Assembly: GCA_040954595.2 (NCBI GenBank)
Contig: CM082596.2
Location: forward strand, 11,214,454 to 11,278,453
Source: Balanoglossus misakiensis
Taxonomy: Eukaryota; Animalia; Hemichordata
DNA length: 64,000 nt
Direction of reading: 5' to 3'
The notes below the pieces were generated by a model, which saw nothing but the letters and a program-made list of their open reading frames with translations, did no database searches and was not told the origin of the DNA. A program made the position numbers and the translations under genes. The number at the start of each line of letters is the position of its first letter. The first letter of the stretch is position 1. Below, piece by piece: positions 52,745 through 64,000 of this stretch.

Positions 52745-54024
52745 GTCATGGTAGCCTGAGGTTCTCCCATCCCATTTCCCGTTAGATTCTGCATTAATTC
52801 GGCATATCAACTCAACTCTAATGTACCAATTTACACAAAGCGTTACATAACAGAGTCAGTTTGTTGATTTTTTTCTTTCTTTTCGTTAAAATTCAGCAAT
52901 TGCAGGTTATTAGTTACAATTACTTCATGAAATCTAGAATGGTGCGACCTTTATTATCGACCTATTTCGCTCTCATCTGTGTTTTCAAAGATCTTTGAAA
53001 TTGTCTCTTGTTTACTCAAGTTTCTTGTATACCCCAGATAACAAGTTTGGTTACCCAGACCCCTCTGCTTCTTCCGCTGCGCTCCCGAAAAGAGTGCAGC
53101 GGAAGAAGCAGACTCACCTGCTTTTTCCGTTGGACACTCCAGAAAGAGGGATGGTCCCGCAGAATATACCCCACGAGGACGCTGTTGCTGACCTTCGACC
53201 CGTAGACTTTGACCCCGTAAAGCGTTGTAAACACATTTGAGATGCAGGCTAGCGAATCTGCCAGTTCGTTTTAATGGCACATTTTTTCTGTCGTCAACTC
53301 CAATGTCGCCTTTTCTATGGACGTTACTTGGCCAGTGTTCGTTACACATCCAGGACAGTGTCAATATTTCTGTGAAAGAATAGCGGAAAACATGCGAAGC
53401 CAAGGAGCGAGCAACCAGCTGTTTCATGCCCCCAACACTGTCCACCATCATTATTCCTATATACAGATTTGGCGCAGTGAGTATTGAAACATTACAGTAT
53501 TTAGTGTGTTTTAAGATATCACAGATAGTTTTCACGACTTAATGTGTGGGTAGAATCACATTCGTCGAAATAACGCTGCTGTAGTCCCCTGATTCAGTCC
53601 GTAAACAAGGTAAGCTTGAGACATGGACGATCGACAATCAGTTTCCGCTGTTGATTTCGTCCTATCGCAACTCAGTAACTGGGGCCGAGTGATGCTCCAT
53701 ACATTAAAGTTCATGACTATTGACACCAATTGCAAAATATCAATGTTAAGGCGTGCTTTCAGAGAATATTCAACCAGAAAACCGACAACAATTGATGACC
53801 TCATGTGACCTTTACTGGTTGAATCAGGCGACCACTGCAGTGTGATTCCAACGTTTGTGGGAAGACCACAGGGAGCTCTTCCTCCTTGTTTGTAGTGTGT
53901 GTGTGTCTTTGTTTAATATAATTATGTGTGACAAAAATATTTATGTTTACAAATATGGTCATGATTGTTTGTTTGTTGGGAGGTTAAGGGGATTAACCCT
54001 TTCTGTGGAATATACCCACAAAGG

Positions 54025-55600
54025 CAGGGCTCGAAAATTCCCGCCGCCCGACGCCCGTGGCAAGTGAAATTTACGTCCGGGCAAGTAAAATCAAAATTCC
54101 TGCCGCCCGACGGGCAAGTGTCACGGCCAGGGTTCGTACGCTCCTGGAAACTCCTGGAATCTCCTGGAATTTGAAACCCCTCCTGGAAACTCCTGAAATC
54201 TCCTGGAAATTCAAAATTTCTCCTTGAAACTCCTGGAAAACCGCGAGTCACGATCGCATTTCACCGGATCGTGAAACAGTACGCGTTGCCCATTTCACTC
54301 AGCGTACCAGTTATCTTTAGACAGACGTCCTATAAATAGTATCATTGACATAGTAACGCACAAATTGCAACAACTAACGCAGCTCAGCGTTCCGGTCGCA
54401 ACAAAATATCTAAAACTTGACAAAAGATGTAGCAACTTTTGTTAGAGGTCATGCCATGTGTCCGCGCGTCTGCAGAATACTTGTACAGACGGCCGCGGCA
54501 GACACCCTGAGATCGATGTTCAAGGGCAATTAGTGATGTCAAAAAGAAGCAAAAAAGGCAGGCGGTTTTTGTGTGTTTTTTTCAGCAGCAAAACAATAAT
54601 TTCCATCATTAATTTGTCGATTTTATCAGGACAGAAATCATTGCTTTAGAGACTGTTCAGTGTTTACGGCCGAGGGGGGGGGGGGGCGGAGATCACTTAA
54701 ATTTTAGCCAAATATGCTAAATGATTTGGGAAAATTTGTTTTACTTAGGTCTTCATGGGGAGGCCATTGAAATGTGTACTATCACAGTCAAAAGCCTTTA
54801 AATGATTTGTTAAACTAGAATAACAAGTGCATGTGAGTGTAACAGTAATAGTAAAGTTGTACAATTTTGTTGGGTAAAACATCCTGGAAAATGGCATTTT
54901 TACCACAAAAACTCCTGGAAAATTACTGGAATTTTGAATTGCTCTAGGTGTATGAACCCTGACGGCGATAGGGAGACCGTGGTCATGTTGTGGCTAATCC
55001 CCAGCTATCAGAAATGTCAACTTTCTTTGAGTTTACCGCTATCACAGCTGGCAATCGGCTTGAATGCAAAACACGAGCCCACTGATTTTTTTTCAAAGTT
55101 CTTTTCAATAAAGTCATGATACAGTGTAGCAATATTGTGATGGGCGACTGTCAGATTTTGTTGCATTGTCAAATTACGCATAATCGTATTGCTAGATGCA
55201 GTTGCTATTTTTATTGGAAAAACCAATGAAATGGTCGATCTAACTAGTCAAATTCAAATTAGAATGGTTCAAAATAAATTCAGTTACGACTCTCGTAAGC
55301 CGACGGTGGCAGAGATTTGAAAAACAGCCATGAGTCTCTTGCGTTATTTTTCATCGAACGCATCTGGGTCAACTGACTCAAAGAAACGACGTGACCTCTC
55401 TGAATCTGAGGGCGCTTCTGAAAGTGACGCACGGTCAAAGCATCAGCGTTACGATGCAGACAAACGCCAAAGAAACTACCTTCCGAAATGGGAGGAACAG
55501 TGGCAAGGTTGGGGCAAGTCACTTTTCTTGGGGGGCAAGTGAAATTGAAAATTTGCTTGCCCGATGGCAAGTGGGTTATGAAAAATTTTTTCGAGGCCTG
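54025..55600 (+). mobile_element. Internally deleted hAT element retaining a transposase N-terminus
   Basis: CAGGGCTCGAAA...TTTCGAGGCCTG; GGGCAAGT subterminal repeats; ACAAAGG on both flanks. ORF from 55330 (MSLLRYFS...YDADKRQRNYLPKWEEQW) resembles the start of ZNF862-like hAT transposases. Confidence 0.82.
54128..54961 (+). mobile_element. hAT5-like MITE (5-bp TSD) nested in the hAT element
   Basis: CAGGGTTCGTAC...GTATGAACCCTG; CTCCTGGAA subrepeats; TSD ACGGC at 54123-54127 and 54962-54966. A partial second copy lies at ~60478-60975. Confidence 0.85.
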
Positions 55601-56415
55601 ACAAAGGTGAACAAATTTGTAAACAAACATTTTTCACAGAGTTGTTTTATTATATCCGCATTGCATCCAGCATGATCGCAGAAAACATCACCAATAATCC
55701 AAAATTGGAGTTGATGGCTTTATTTGGGACTATCATTATTTGGTTATAGTCCACGGGCCAGAGACCGACAAACTCCCCCCCCCCTGCACCCAAGGAGTTT
55801 TTTTGCAGACATAAATTTTGGGAAAGCCTGTTTATCCAGCTGTCAGAATGAGGTTAAAAATAAAATATTTCAGGATCTGAGAAAGCTAGAGATAAAATTC
55901 AAACATTCAGTCTTATAAAGTATGGTACAGGCTATCCAATGATTACATGACTGACAAGGTCAGAGGTCAAGTTCAAACTTTGGGTCAAAATGAAAATTTC
56001 TCTATTTGCATATTGATCATACATAGTTTTGATTTACCTGAATACGGTTTGCTCGAAGAAGCTGTAAATTGGTCATCAGGGTCACCAAAATTGTAAGGGT
56101 TATCTCCTTGTTTTACCACTCATACTGATGGCTAAATTCTTTCATTGAATGTTTAATGTAGTCTGCCTGCAGTTGACAAGAATCTAACTAGTCAAAAACA
56201 AAAGAGAACTTTCCTAAAATAAAATAATTATGAAGAAAGGTACAACGATAGAGAGTGTGACTTAAAATTGCTAATCTCATATACAGTCAATTCAAATTAC
56301 AGGTTGTTATTTTCGTTCCTGACACACTTCCTAATAGACCCCTTAACTTCTCCCGATTAGAACATGGTTATCATAGTCAGTCAAGAGATAACAATATTCT
56401 TCATGGAATTTGAAA

Positions 56416-56646
56416 CATCAGTTTCAAATTCTTTTCATGGGAGCGCTGTTTTTCTTTTTTACAAGATAGATAGGTGATGTGTTTGGTCTGTGAAAGACAA
56501 TGGGGGGATTTCAAATTTTTGGCAGTTCGGAAGGGGGGATTTGAAAATATTTCGGGTTGTGTACGGTGGGCATGTGAAATTTAGCGGTAAAAAAATTGAA
56601 TTCTCTTGCCCCCCCCCCCTCCAGAGGTGTTTGTGAATGCAGCCTA
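56416..56646 (+). repeat. Right-end fragment of the 11867-12628 MITE
   Basis: Closely matches ~12387-12628 and ends GAATGCAGCCTA. Confidence 0.85.
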
Positions 56647-57294
56647 CAGGAGGTGGAGACTTCGGGGTCAACCCCTCTACTGTCTATGCCCCACACCCTA
56701 TCTTATCAGTTGTAAATCTAGAATGCAAGCTATCAAATTTCCAATAAATATGGTTATGTAGAGAGAGACTTTGTCCTTTTAATTCAAATTTATTTACACA
56801 AAACTTGAGTTTACAAGGAAATATTAAGGAATACTTTATTTTTGTTTTCCAGGGTCTGGCCCTACAGCTATTTCTTAGTTCGGGAAATAACAAATTAACA
56901 CAATTTTCGTATGTTCAGATGTCAAAATTTATTCAATCGAGGTGAACTGGCAACGCGGGGCAACAGCTAGCTCTGCGTACAGGTCTGTGTGTTCCTGGCG
57001 TTACACGGCCTCCACGCCAAGAACACTGTACGCAGAGCTGGGCTATACCATAGCAAGGCTGGCGATTACACCAACTGGTAGTGGTTTTGAGTGGTTTGAC
57101 TAGAAAATTCTGTCTGTAGACCAAAACTCGTTCACCGATCGCCGTTTTGGAGCACACCGCATTTATATTAGACAGCAAATCGCCCCAAAACGTCTCACAA
57201 CTTGTACAACGGCCCCTTTTTGAACTTTATGCAGCGAGAAAGACATGCTCAGCCACCGCCATCTTGATTTACGCGGAAAGGATTGTAAGGGCAA

Positions 57295-57625
57295 TATTAA
57301 TTCGACACAACGTAAAATAATTCGACACAACACGTGAAATTAATTTGACCAAACAGGTGATATTAATTCGACACTACACGTGAAATTAATTCGACACAAC
57401 ACGTAAAATTAATTCGACACTACACCTGTAATTAATTCGATTGTACACGTAAAAATAATTTGAGATATTGTTGGCAAAATTATTTCTAACAAAGATAAGC
57501 TAAAATAATTATTTAGAACACATAAAATGATTTCTGCATGACTACAAAAAATAATTAAAGCACATAAAAAATAATTCTACATACTGGTAAAATTAATTCC
57601 AGGCTCTATACAATTAATTCTAACA
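57295..57625. repeat. ~22-bp decaying tandem repeat (AATTAATTCGACACAACACGTGA)
   Basis: Clear units at 57295-57460 that degrade rightwards. Confidence 0.75.
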
Positions 57626-58128
57626 TGTTTTAGTAATAAACTACAATTTTGACCAGAACGAGCCCAAATAGATACCGGTAGTACATGTTACTTTGGGTGT
57701 TTTTCTCAATGTTTATAATGTGTTTTCATTGCCTGTTCTACTTGTGTCTGAACATATTTCAAGCTTCATTAGCTGTACAACTTTTCACTTTGTTTTCAAT
57801 ATTTTTGTTTTAAGTATTTACTGCAGTGTCTTCTTCAGAAAATGGGACTTCAAGAGTTGCAAGTTCAACATCGAATTAAAAATTGGAAGTCATGAATTAA
57901 AAATGGTGGTTTGAATACTGGCCTTGATAATGCTCCATATTAACTAGGTTTGTTACTCTTTTTGGACAGGCAATTTCACCACCAAAGATGACTTCCCAGC
58001 AGGCACCAGCTGCTGCACTGAAAGCCGTAGAAGGTGTCATGCAAATGGCAAATTGCTGATGTGAATCCTATCAACTCCAAGCCCTAGAGATGGTCAGGTA
58101 CTGATTCACAGCCACAAAGAGGTAGGTA

Positions 58129-58290
58129 CAGTCAAACCTGTCTATACTGGCCAGTCAAGGGACTTTCCTAAACTGGCATTTATAGACAGGTGGCTTCTAT
58201 AGACGGGTCAATTAATGTGCAATGTACATGTACATGAACTGAAACAAAGTGGCCACTATATAGTGGTGGAAACAAACACAGATTTGACTG
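58129..58290. mobile_element. Old Tc1/mariner-type MITE
   Basis: TA|CAGTCAAACCTG...CAGATTTGACTG. Confidence 0.6.
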
Positions 58291-58915
58291 TCAAATATGT
58301 TATGTTGCCACTGCAGTCATTTCGATTGGTTTGATTACACTTTGCCAAAACCTGAGGAAAAAATATTCAAATTCCCCTTTTCATATTCTCCTATCAATGG
58401 TATAATACGCCAATGTCTTGGTAAAATTTTGGTGACATTTTCTGCTAACTGCTAAAGGCAAATTAACATTTGTTTTTTTTCAGTATTTTTCACTGATAGA
58501 ATTAACCCTAGTTTCTTGTTCAGCTCTGGATAGCTTTATGAAATGTTCAGTCTTTAGCTTTTCAACAGAACTTGTACCTGAGTAATGGGCAGTGTGAATA
58601 TTAAATGAACTCGGAATTTATTTTTCAACAATAACAATGTTTAACAATATGTAGAACACCATTGTTTGAAAACCAAACTCTGAGTACCTTGATCGTGCCA
58701 TCTGTTCGACCGTGTCATTAGTTCGACCTTCCACTATTCTTTCGATAATTAATTATTTTATAACCTCAAAGTGTTGGACCAGTGCGTAATTGCCTACTGT
58801 GAATTTCCAGCCATTTGTTTCTGGTTGAATTATTGGCGTGATTACGGTAATTCTTAATGTTTTACAGAGTAGAATAAGACATCACGGCTGATATCCAAAG
58901 TTAATGTTGGAGTTA

Positions 58916-59232
58916 TTTAAGCAATAAAACACCCCAGCCATGGTATACCACGAGATTTTGACCAGTTCACTTCATATACGCACGAGTGATAGCGAGTGCG
59001 TATATGGAGTTGAACAGGTCAAAATCTCGTGGTATACCATGGCTGGGGGTGTTTTATTGCTATTATATCATGCCAGTATATTGAAACTTTGCATAAAACA
59101 TTTTAAAAATGCATTTTCTTTGACTATGATAAATGACTGTGGTATATGACTAATATATCACAGTCACGTGTTGTGTCTCGACCAATAAAATAGCGTGATT
59201 TACACCATCAATATACTGGTATACTATAATAA
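58916..59232 (-). mobile_element. Crypton-like MITE family A copy
   Basis: Reverse complement of 29610-29895 and 61103-61418. Confidence 0.8.
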
Positions 59233-60353
59233 CGATTTAATACTACTGTGTTTACTTATGCAGTCATCGATGCAAACAGGAGTGCAGTCAACACAACCGA
59301 CAGTACCTAATGTGAGCTGCAGCAAGAATCCACCTGTCACCACTGGCACCAATGTTGTTCGAACTCTGACACAGCCACAAGTACATGTACAAAACCAGTC
59401 ATTGGTATGTTATGTTATGAACTGAGTTATAATACCCATCTATCCCTTTTGCCTGGCAAGTGACATTTTATCACTTTTCAGTATTTTAATAGAACTGCAT
59501 TTGGATAATTTGTTACCTAACATGACATCAGAAGATGGCAGCTTGATGTCTTAACTGAGGACATTGGATGACCAGTAGATAAAGATTTTCTTTGATATCA
59601 ATGACATCAGACGCAGTTCCGTTGGCATTCAAATTTCCAGCTAACGGGGAATTTCAGCAATGTGGTGCAAATGACGACTGTGCAGACGAATGCCAAGATG
59701 CTGTTGAGGCACCATGACTGATACATGTTACCTGTCTGGTGGTTCTAAAGTATAAACACATATGGAAAAATATTATACGGGATACCACAATATTGTTTTC
59801 CCATTACCTGGAAATGACAATGCTTTGGGTCACATGGCCAGATCATGTGATTGATATTTATAAAGCAATAACCCCCACCGAAGGCGGGTATACGCGATAT
59901 TTGGGTACAATTCGAGACATATAGCACAAGCCGTCAGGCGAGTGCTATATGGAGGGAATTGTACCCAAATCAAGTGTATACCCGACTGAGGCGGGGGTTA
60001 TTGCTATTATATTATATCAACAATTGTTTTTGTGGCATATCAGTGTCATTTTCTTACCGAAACGGCGTCAGAAAGAGAAATTACGATTGTGAACCAACAT
60101 GGCGACGATGAATGTAAACACGAGCGGCCGGGATCGAGCATTAAACATGAAGCAGATGACAAAAAGTGACAAGACGGGCATCGCGCGTGACAAAGTGACA
60201 AATATTTTCACAGAGCAGTTCCAAAATGAAACATCTGTTCATTCAACAGTATTTTTGTTTTATTTATTTGATTTAAACACGCGCGACTGTGGTTTAATCG
60301 CACATTTTTGCTGCCGTATGCTAGTTCAGCGGCCCGTTTTAGCAGTGCATTAT

Positions 60354-61092
60354 CAGGGTTTTCGCTAAGCGCCGGCCACCGGCCAATTGGCCGGGTACTT
60401 GCACTGAACTGGCCGTCTACTTTTCCTTAAGCCATTAGGGTTATTTTTATTTGTATACTCTTTCACGCTCATAAATAAGGGTCGTACGCTCCTGGAAACT
60501 CCTGGAATTTGAAACCCCTCCTGGAAACTCCTGGAAAACCGCGAGTCACGATCGCATTTCACCGGATCGTGAAACAGTACGCGTTGCCCATTTCACTCGG
60601 CGCACCAGTTATCTTTAGACAGGCGTCCTATAAATAGTATCATTGACGTAGTAACGCACAAATTGCAACAACTAATGCAGCTCAGCGTTCCGGTCGCAAC
60701 AAAATATCTAAAACTTGACAAAAGATGTAGCAACTTTTGTTAGAGGTCATGCCATGTATCCGCGCGTCTGCAGAATACTTGTACACACGGCCGCGGCAGA
60801 CACCCGTGAGATCGATGTTCAGGGCAATTAGTGATGTCAAAAAGAAGCAAAAAAGGCAGGCGCTTTTTGTGTTTTTTTCAGCAGCAGAACAGTAATTTCC
60901 ATCAGTAATTTGTCGATTTTATCAGGACAGAAATCATTGCTTTAGGGACCGTTCAGATTTACAGCAGAAGGGGGGGGGGTGTCAAAGGTCAACATGATTG
61001 GGGGGTCAAAGGTCAACATGTCCCCGGCCCGCATAATTGGCCCCCTACTTTGCCAATATGGCCCTCTACTTCAAATTTTAGCGAAACCCCTG
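60354..61092. mobile_element. hAT6-like MITE (6-bp TSD) containing a partial hAT5-like copy
   Basis: CAGGGTTTTCGCTAA...TTAGCGAAACCCCTG; TSD CATTAT at 60348-60353 and 61093-61098. Confidence 0.8.
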
Positions 61093-61102
61093 CATTATTG
61101 AG

Positions 61103-61418
61103 TATTATATTATACCAGTATATTGATGGTGTAAATCACACTATTTGATTGGTCGAGACAGGACACGTGACCGTGATATATTAGCCATATACCACAGTCA
61201 TATATCATAGTCAAAGAAAATGCCTTTTTAAAATGTTTTATGCAAAGTTTCAATATACTGGCATAATATAATAGCAATAAAACACCCCCAGCCATGGTAT
61301 ACCACTCGATTTTGACCAGTTCAACTCCACATACGCACTCGCTATCGCTCGTGCGTGTATGTTGTGAACTGGTCAAAATCTCGTGGTATAACATGGCTGG
61401 GGATGTTTTATTGCTTAA
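61103..61418 (+). mobile_element. Crypton-like MITE family A copy nested in family B
   Basis: Near-identical to 29610-29895. Confidence 0.8.
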
Positions 61419-61859
61419 TTTTAGCATCGCTGTATTGAGCTCTCGTCCAATCAGAATTGTGGACGGTAGCATGATATAATATAATACAGAATTATTTACA
61501 GTCATGATTTGTATGTGTTATTACAGGCTAATACCAGTACTTCACTACCGATGGATCTGGACATACCAGTGCCCTCTACAGCTCAAGTGCATCAAGTTGA
61601 CTCACCAGCAGCAAGTTGATCCACAACAACAAAAACAACAACAACAACTGAAAAGTGTTGTTTGGCATGGAGCCTTGGAATGGCAAGAGGTGTGTACAGC
61701 TCACATACAAATAACTAATTAAAACAATTGACTGTAGGTCAATGGGGTTATTGTGTTTGGATCATGTTGGATAGTGAGCATTTTTCGATAAACGATTTGA
61801 TTTTTAGGGTGCTTCCAGATGTATCTTTGGAGGGTACACATTACATAAATTATGAGCTT

Positions 61860-62345
61860 GGCTGAACAACGTGTGGTAGTACCCATCAAGGAAGTACACA
61901 GATTGGTCTTTCATCCAGAGGCACACAGTGTACATGCAATGCAATAATTTCCCTTTGTATGTCTTAACAAAGCAACCTTATACGACAGGAGCAGATTTAG
62001 ATAAAAAATTTCATCTGGGTGATAAACTATATAAGTCCACTGTTACTTGGGATTTGAAACTCAATGATAATTTTGTTAGTGATATTCTCATGTTGGATGA
62101 CCTACAACACTTTGTATTCATTAATTCATTGCATAAGTAGAGGTGAAATATTTAAATAATAACACATGTTAGCGAGGGCAATATCATGATCTTTGGCCTG
62201 CACAAGGGATGGTGATTGGAGTCAATTTTTTCCCCACAGCAATCACTTGGTGCCATGTTTCAAAACTCACGCACTGTGGAGTTCCAGTTTATGAATAACA
62301 GCCAGGAAGCATACATATCTCTCTTCAGAATAATGTCTGGAGGAT
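61860..62345 (+). pseudogene. Decayed herpesvirus-tegument-type (peptidase C76, UL36/BPLF1-like) deubiquitinase domain
   Basis: GSTHQGSTQIGLSSRGTQCTCNAIISL (61875-61955), then after a frameshift TGADLDKKFHLGDKLY...LMLDDL. Possible His-box relic THA..GVP near 62265-62330. Upstream low-complexity exon candidates at ~57970-58121, 59263-59404 and 61527-61700. Confidence 0.7.
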
Positions 62346-62371
62346 TTGTAAGTATTATCTTATAATTGCAC

Positions 62372-62869
62372 TGTAAAATTAAAGGATCATGTCAATTGTA
62401 CTGCCATGCACCTGCAACTGACACTTTACATATTAAAGGCCATTTTCTCAATCCCAGGGCAGAACAATGAAGACAAATAAGAAATCCTTTGTGTTCCGAA
62501 CACTGTAAAAGGACAAAGGCACTTCACACGCAATAACAATGCCTTGACCTTACAAGTCATTTCACATTTAAATGCTCGACTTTGCATCACAAAGAATGAG
62601 TCAACGTACCTGTAGGTTTCAAATAAATCTGTTTGAAAGACCAACCACACCGTCTCTGGGCAATTCCCTAACAAGAAACGCTGCACTTCGTCCACAGAAG
62701 TGTTAGCCGTCAGTGGACTGAAACTTGACAGTCTCACATTGTTGTATAAAGGAAAGTAATTACGTGACTGAAACTTTTATCACGTGACCCTATTTGGCGG
62801 GAAATGATCCTCCCTTGGGACAGCATATCACATGACTATCACATGGTTTATTTTGTAAACCGGGTTACA
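62372..62869 (-). repeat. 3' LTR of the Gypsy element (left boundary uncertain)
   Basis: On the minus strand a polypurine tract GGAGGGGAATG precedes TGTAACCCGG at 62869; a candidate ...TTACA end lies at 62372. Confidence 0.6.
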
Positions 62870-64000
62870 CATTCCCCTCCAAAGCTTACACACTCCGGGT
62901 GTAAGTATCAATTGGGCAGTGGTACATTCAAACAAATGTTAAATATAACTGCAGAACACTTTCAAACTACTTAACAAGAATACTTTCAAAGGGACTTTTT
63001 GCACAATTCCCCATCCCTCACCATGGGCGCCACTAATTCATGTTATTGTATGACATTGGTGCCTGTTTGGTTTCAAAATTTACAAGGGCATTATTGGCTA
63101 GCACACCCCCTCGGTCATAGGTCAATCGTTCAGCAGGTTTTCCGGCAGTTCGTCGCTTGGATCTTCTGACTGGAACAGGGGCTACGGGTGCTGTGTTACT
63201 CTCATCAACCAGGGCATCTTCTGGGGCAGTGACTGGATCTGGCAGCTCAGGTTCAAGCACACTTGGGACATCAGTTTCACATTTGTGTACAGATTCATGT
63301 ACTTCTGCTACATCAGTGTCCTCTTTGAACAACTGAGAAATACATCCATCATCAGGTTCTGAATCTGATTCTAACTGTGTTGTCGCAATGGCTCTCTCCT
63401 TGGCATATCTCCTGGTCACTGGTCTTCATAGTTCTGGTTCGGCTTCTACTGGCTCAGATGCAGACAAATACCCAACAGGAAGCAGCATATTCCTGTGCAA
63501 TGTCCGTTGGCTACCTTCCCCAGTTTCAGGCTTCACCACGTACACTGGCAGTTTCTCATCGTTTTTCTTCATCACAATATAGACATCAGGCTTCCATCGG
63601 TCAGCCAACTTCTGTTTGCCTATCAATCCAACATTGCGTACAAGAACTCTATCACCCACAAGGAGATCACTACTGCCACGGACTTTACTGTCATATCTCC
63701 GCTTGTTGGCAGCAGCGGACTTCTGGGCTTCACTTTCTGCCATCTTGTAGGCTCCTTTCAATCTCTGCTTCAAGTCCTCAACATACTGAAGGTAATCTTG
63801 GTGAGAATGCTCGTCTGGACTCACGCCAAAACACAGGTCAATGGGAAGTCTGGCTTCTCTCCCAAACATCAGGTAATATGGTGAGAACTGCGTGGATTCA
63901 TTCTTTGTGCAATTGTAAGCATGCACGAGGAAACTGATATGTTTGCTCCAATGCTGCTTCTCCTTAGCATCCAAAGTGCCAAGTAGGTTAAGGAGAACTC
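62870..64000 (-). mobile_element. Gypsy/Ty3 LTR retrotransposon pol 3' end (integrase C-terminus)
   Basis: LVHAYNCTKNESTQFSPYYLMFGREARLPID, GDRVLVRN, KLADRW, RTLHRNMLLP. A tail ORF at 63033-63419 follows a stop. The element continues beyond the window. Confidence 0.93.

Larger units (their letters stand above)
59858..61486 (-). mobile_element. Crypton-like MITE family B hosting three nested insertions
   Basis: Terminal hairpin AGCAATAACCCCC...GGGGGTTATTGCT (59864-60005); CCAATCAGAAT box near the other end; the uninterrupted end sequence is seen at 5484-5575. Confidence 0.65.

Noticed and set aside
5484-61486. Giant element bounded by the inverted match 5484-5575 / 61419-61486
   Set aside because: The match is short, has no TSD, and is better explained as dispersed copies of one MITE family.
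1-64000. tRNA, rRNA or other structured RNA genes
   Set aside because: None recognisable by eye; the hairpins seen belong to MITEs. A covariance-model scan was not possible.

Overview
This is AT-rich, intron-containing animal DNA; a marine invertebrate is my guess from the repeat content, not proven. It is almost entirely transposable elements and tandem arrays, with no clearly recognisable ordinary host gene. The centrepiece is an ~18.6 kb IS3EU-type DNA transposon (13776-32394) with TACGG/CCGTA ends, ~1.3-1.5 kb terminal inverted repeats (TIRs) and an imperfect 7-bp target-site duplication (TSD). Its minus strand carries a two-exon DDE transposase with one frameshift. Its plus strand carries an apparently intact multi-exon cargo: a divergent USP (C19) deubiquitinase followed by, and possibly fused to, a CbbX/SpoVK-type AAA+ ATPase whose tail has several TQT-type (LC8-binding-like) motifs. 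Other features are an RTEX-like LINE split exactly at TTAA by a Kolobok element that retains a KolX remnant, and a decayed spliced EnSpm/CMC-like transposase. There are also many nested MITEs (Academ-, AcademH-, hAT-, P-, Kolobok- and Crypton-like), five minisatellite arrays between 33 and 46 kb, a decayed herpes-tegument-type (C76) deubiquitinase, and the 3' end of a Gypsy LTR element. All family assignments come from motif recognition by eye; no database searches were run.
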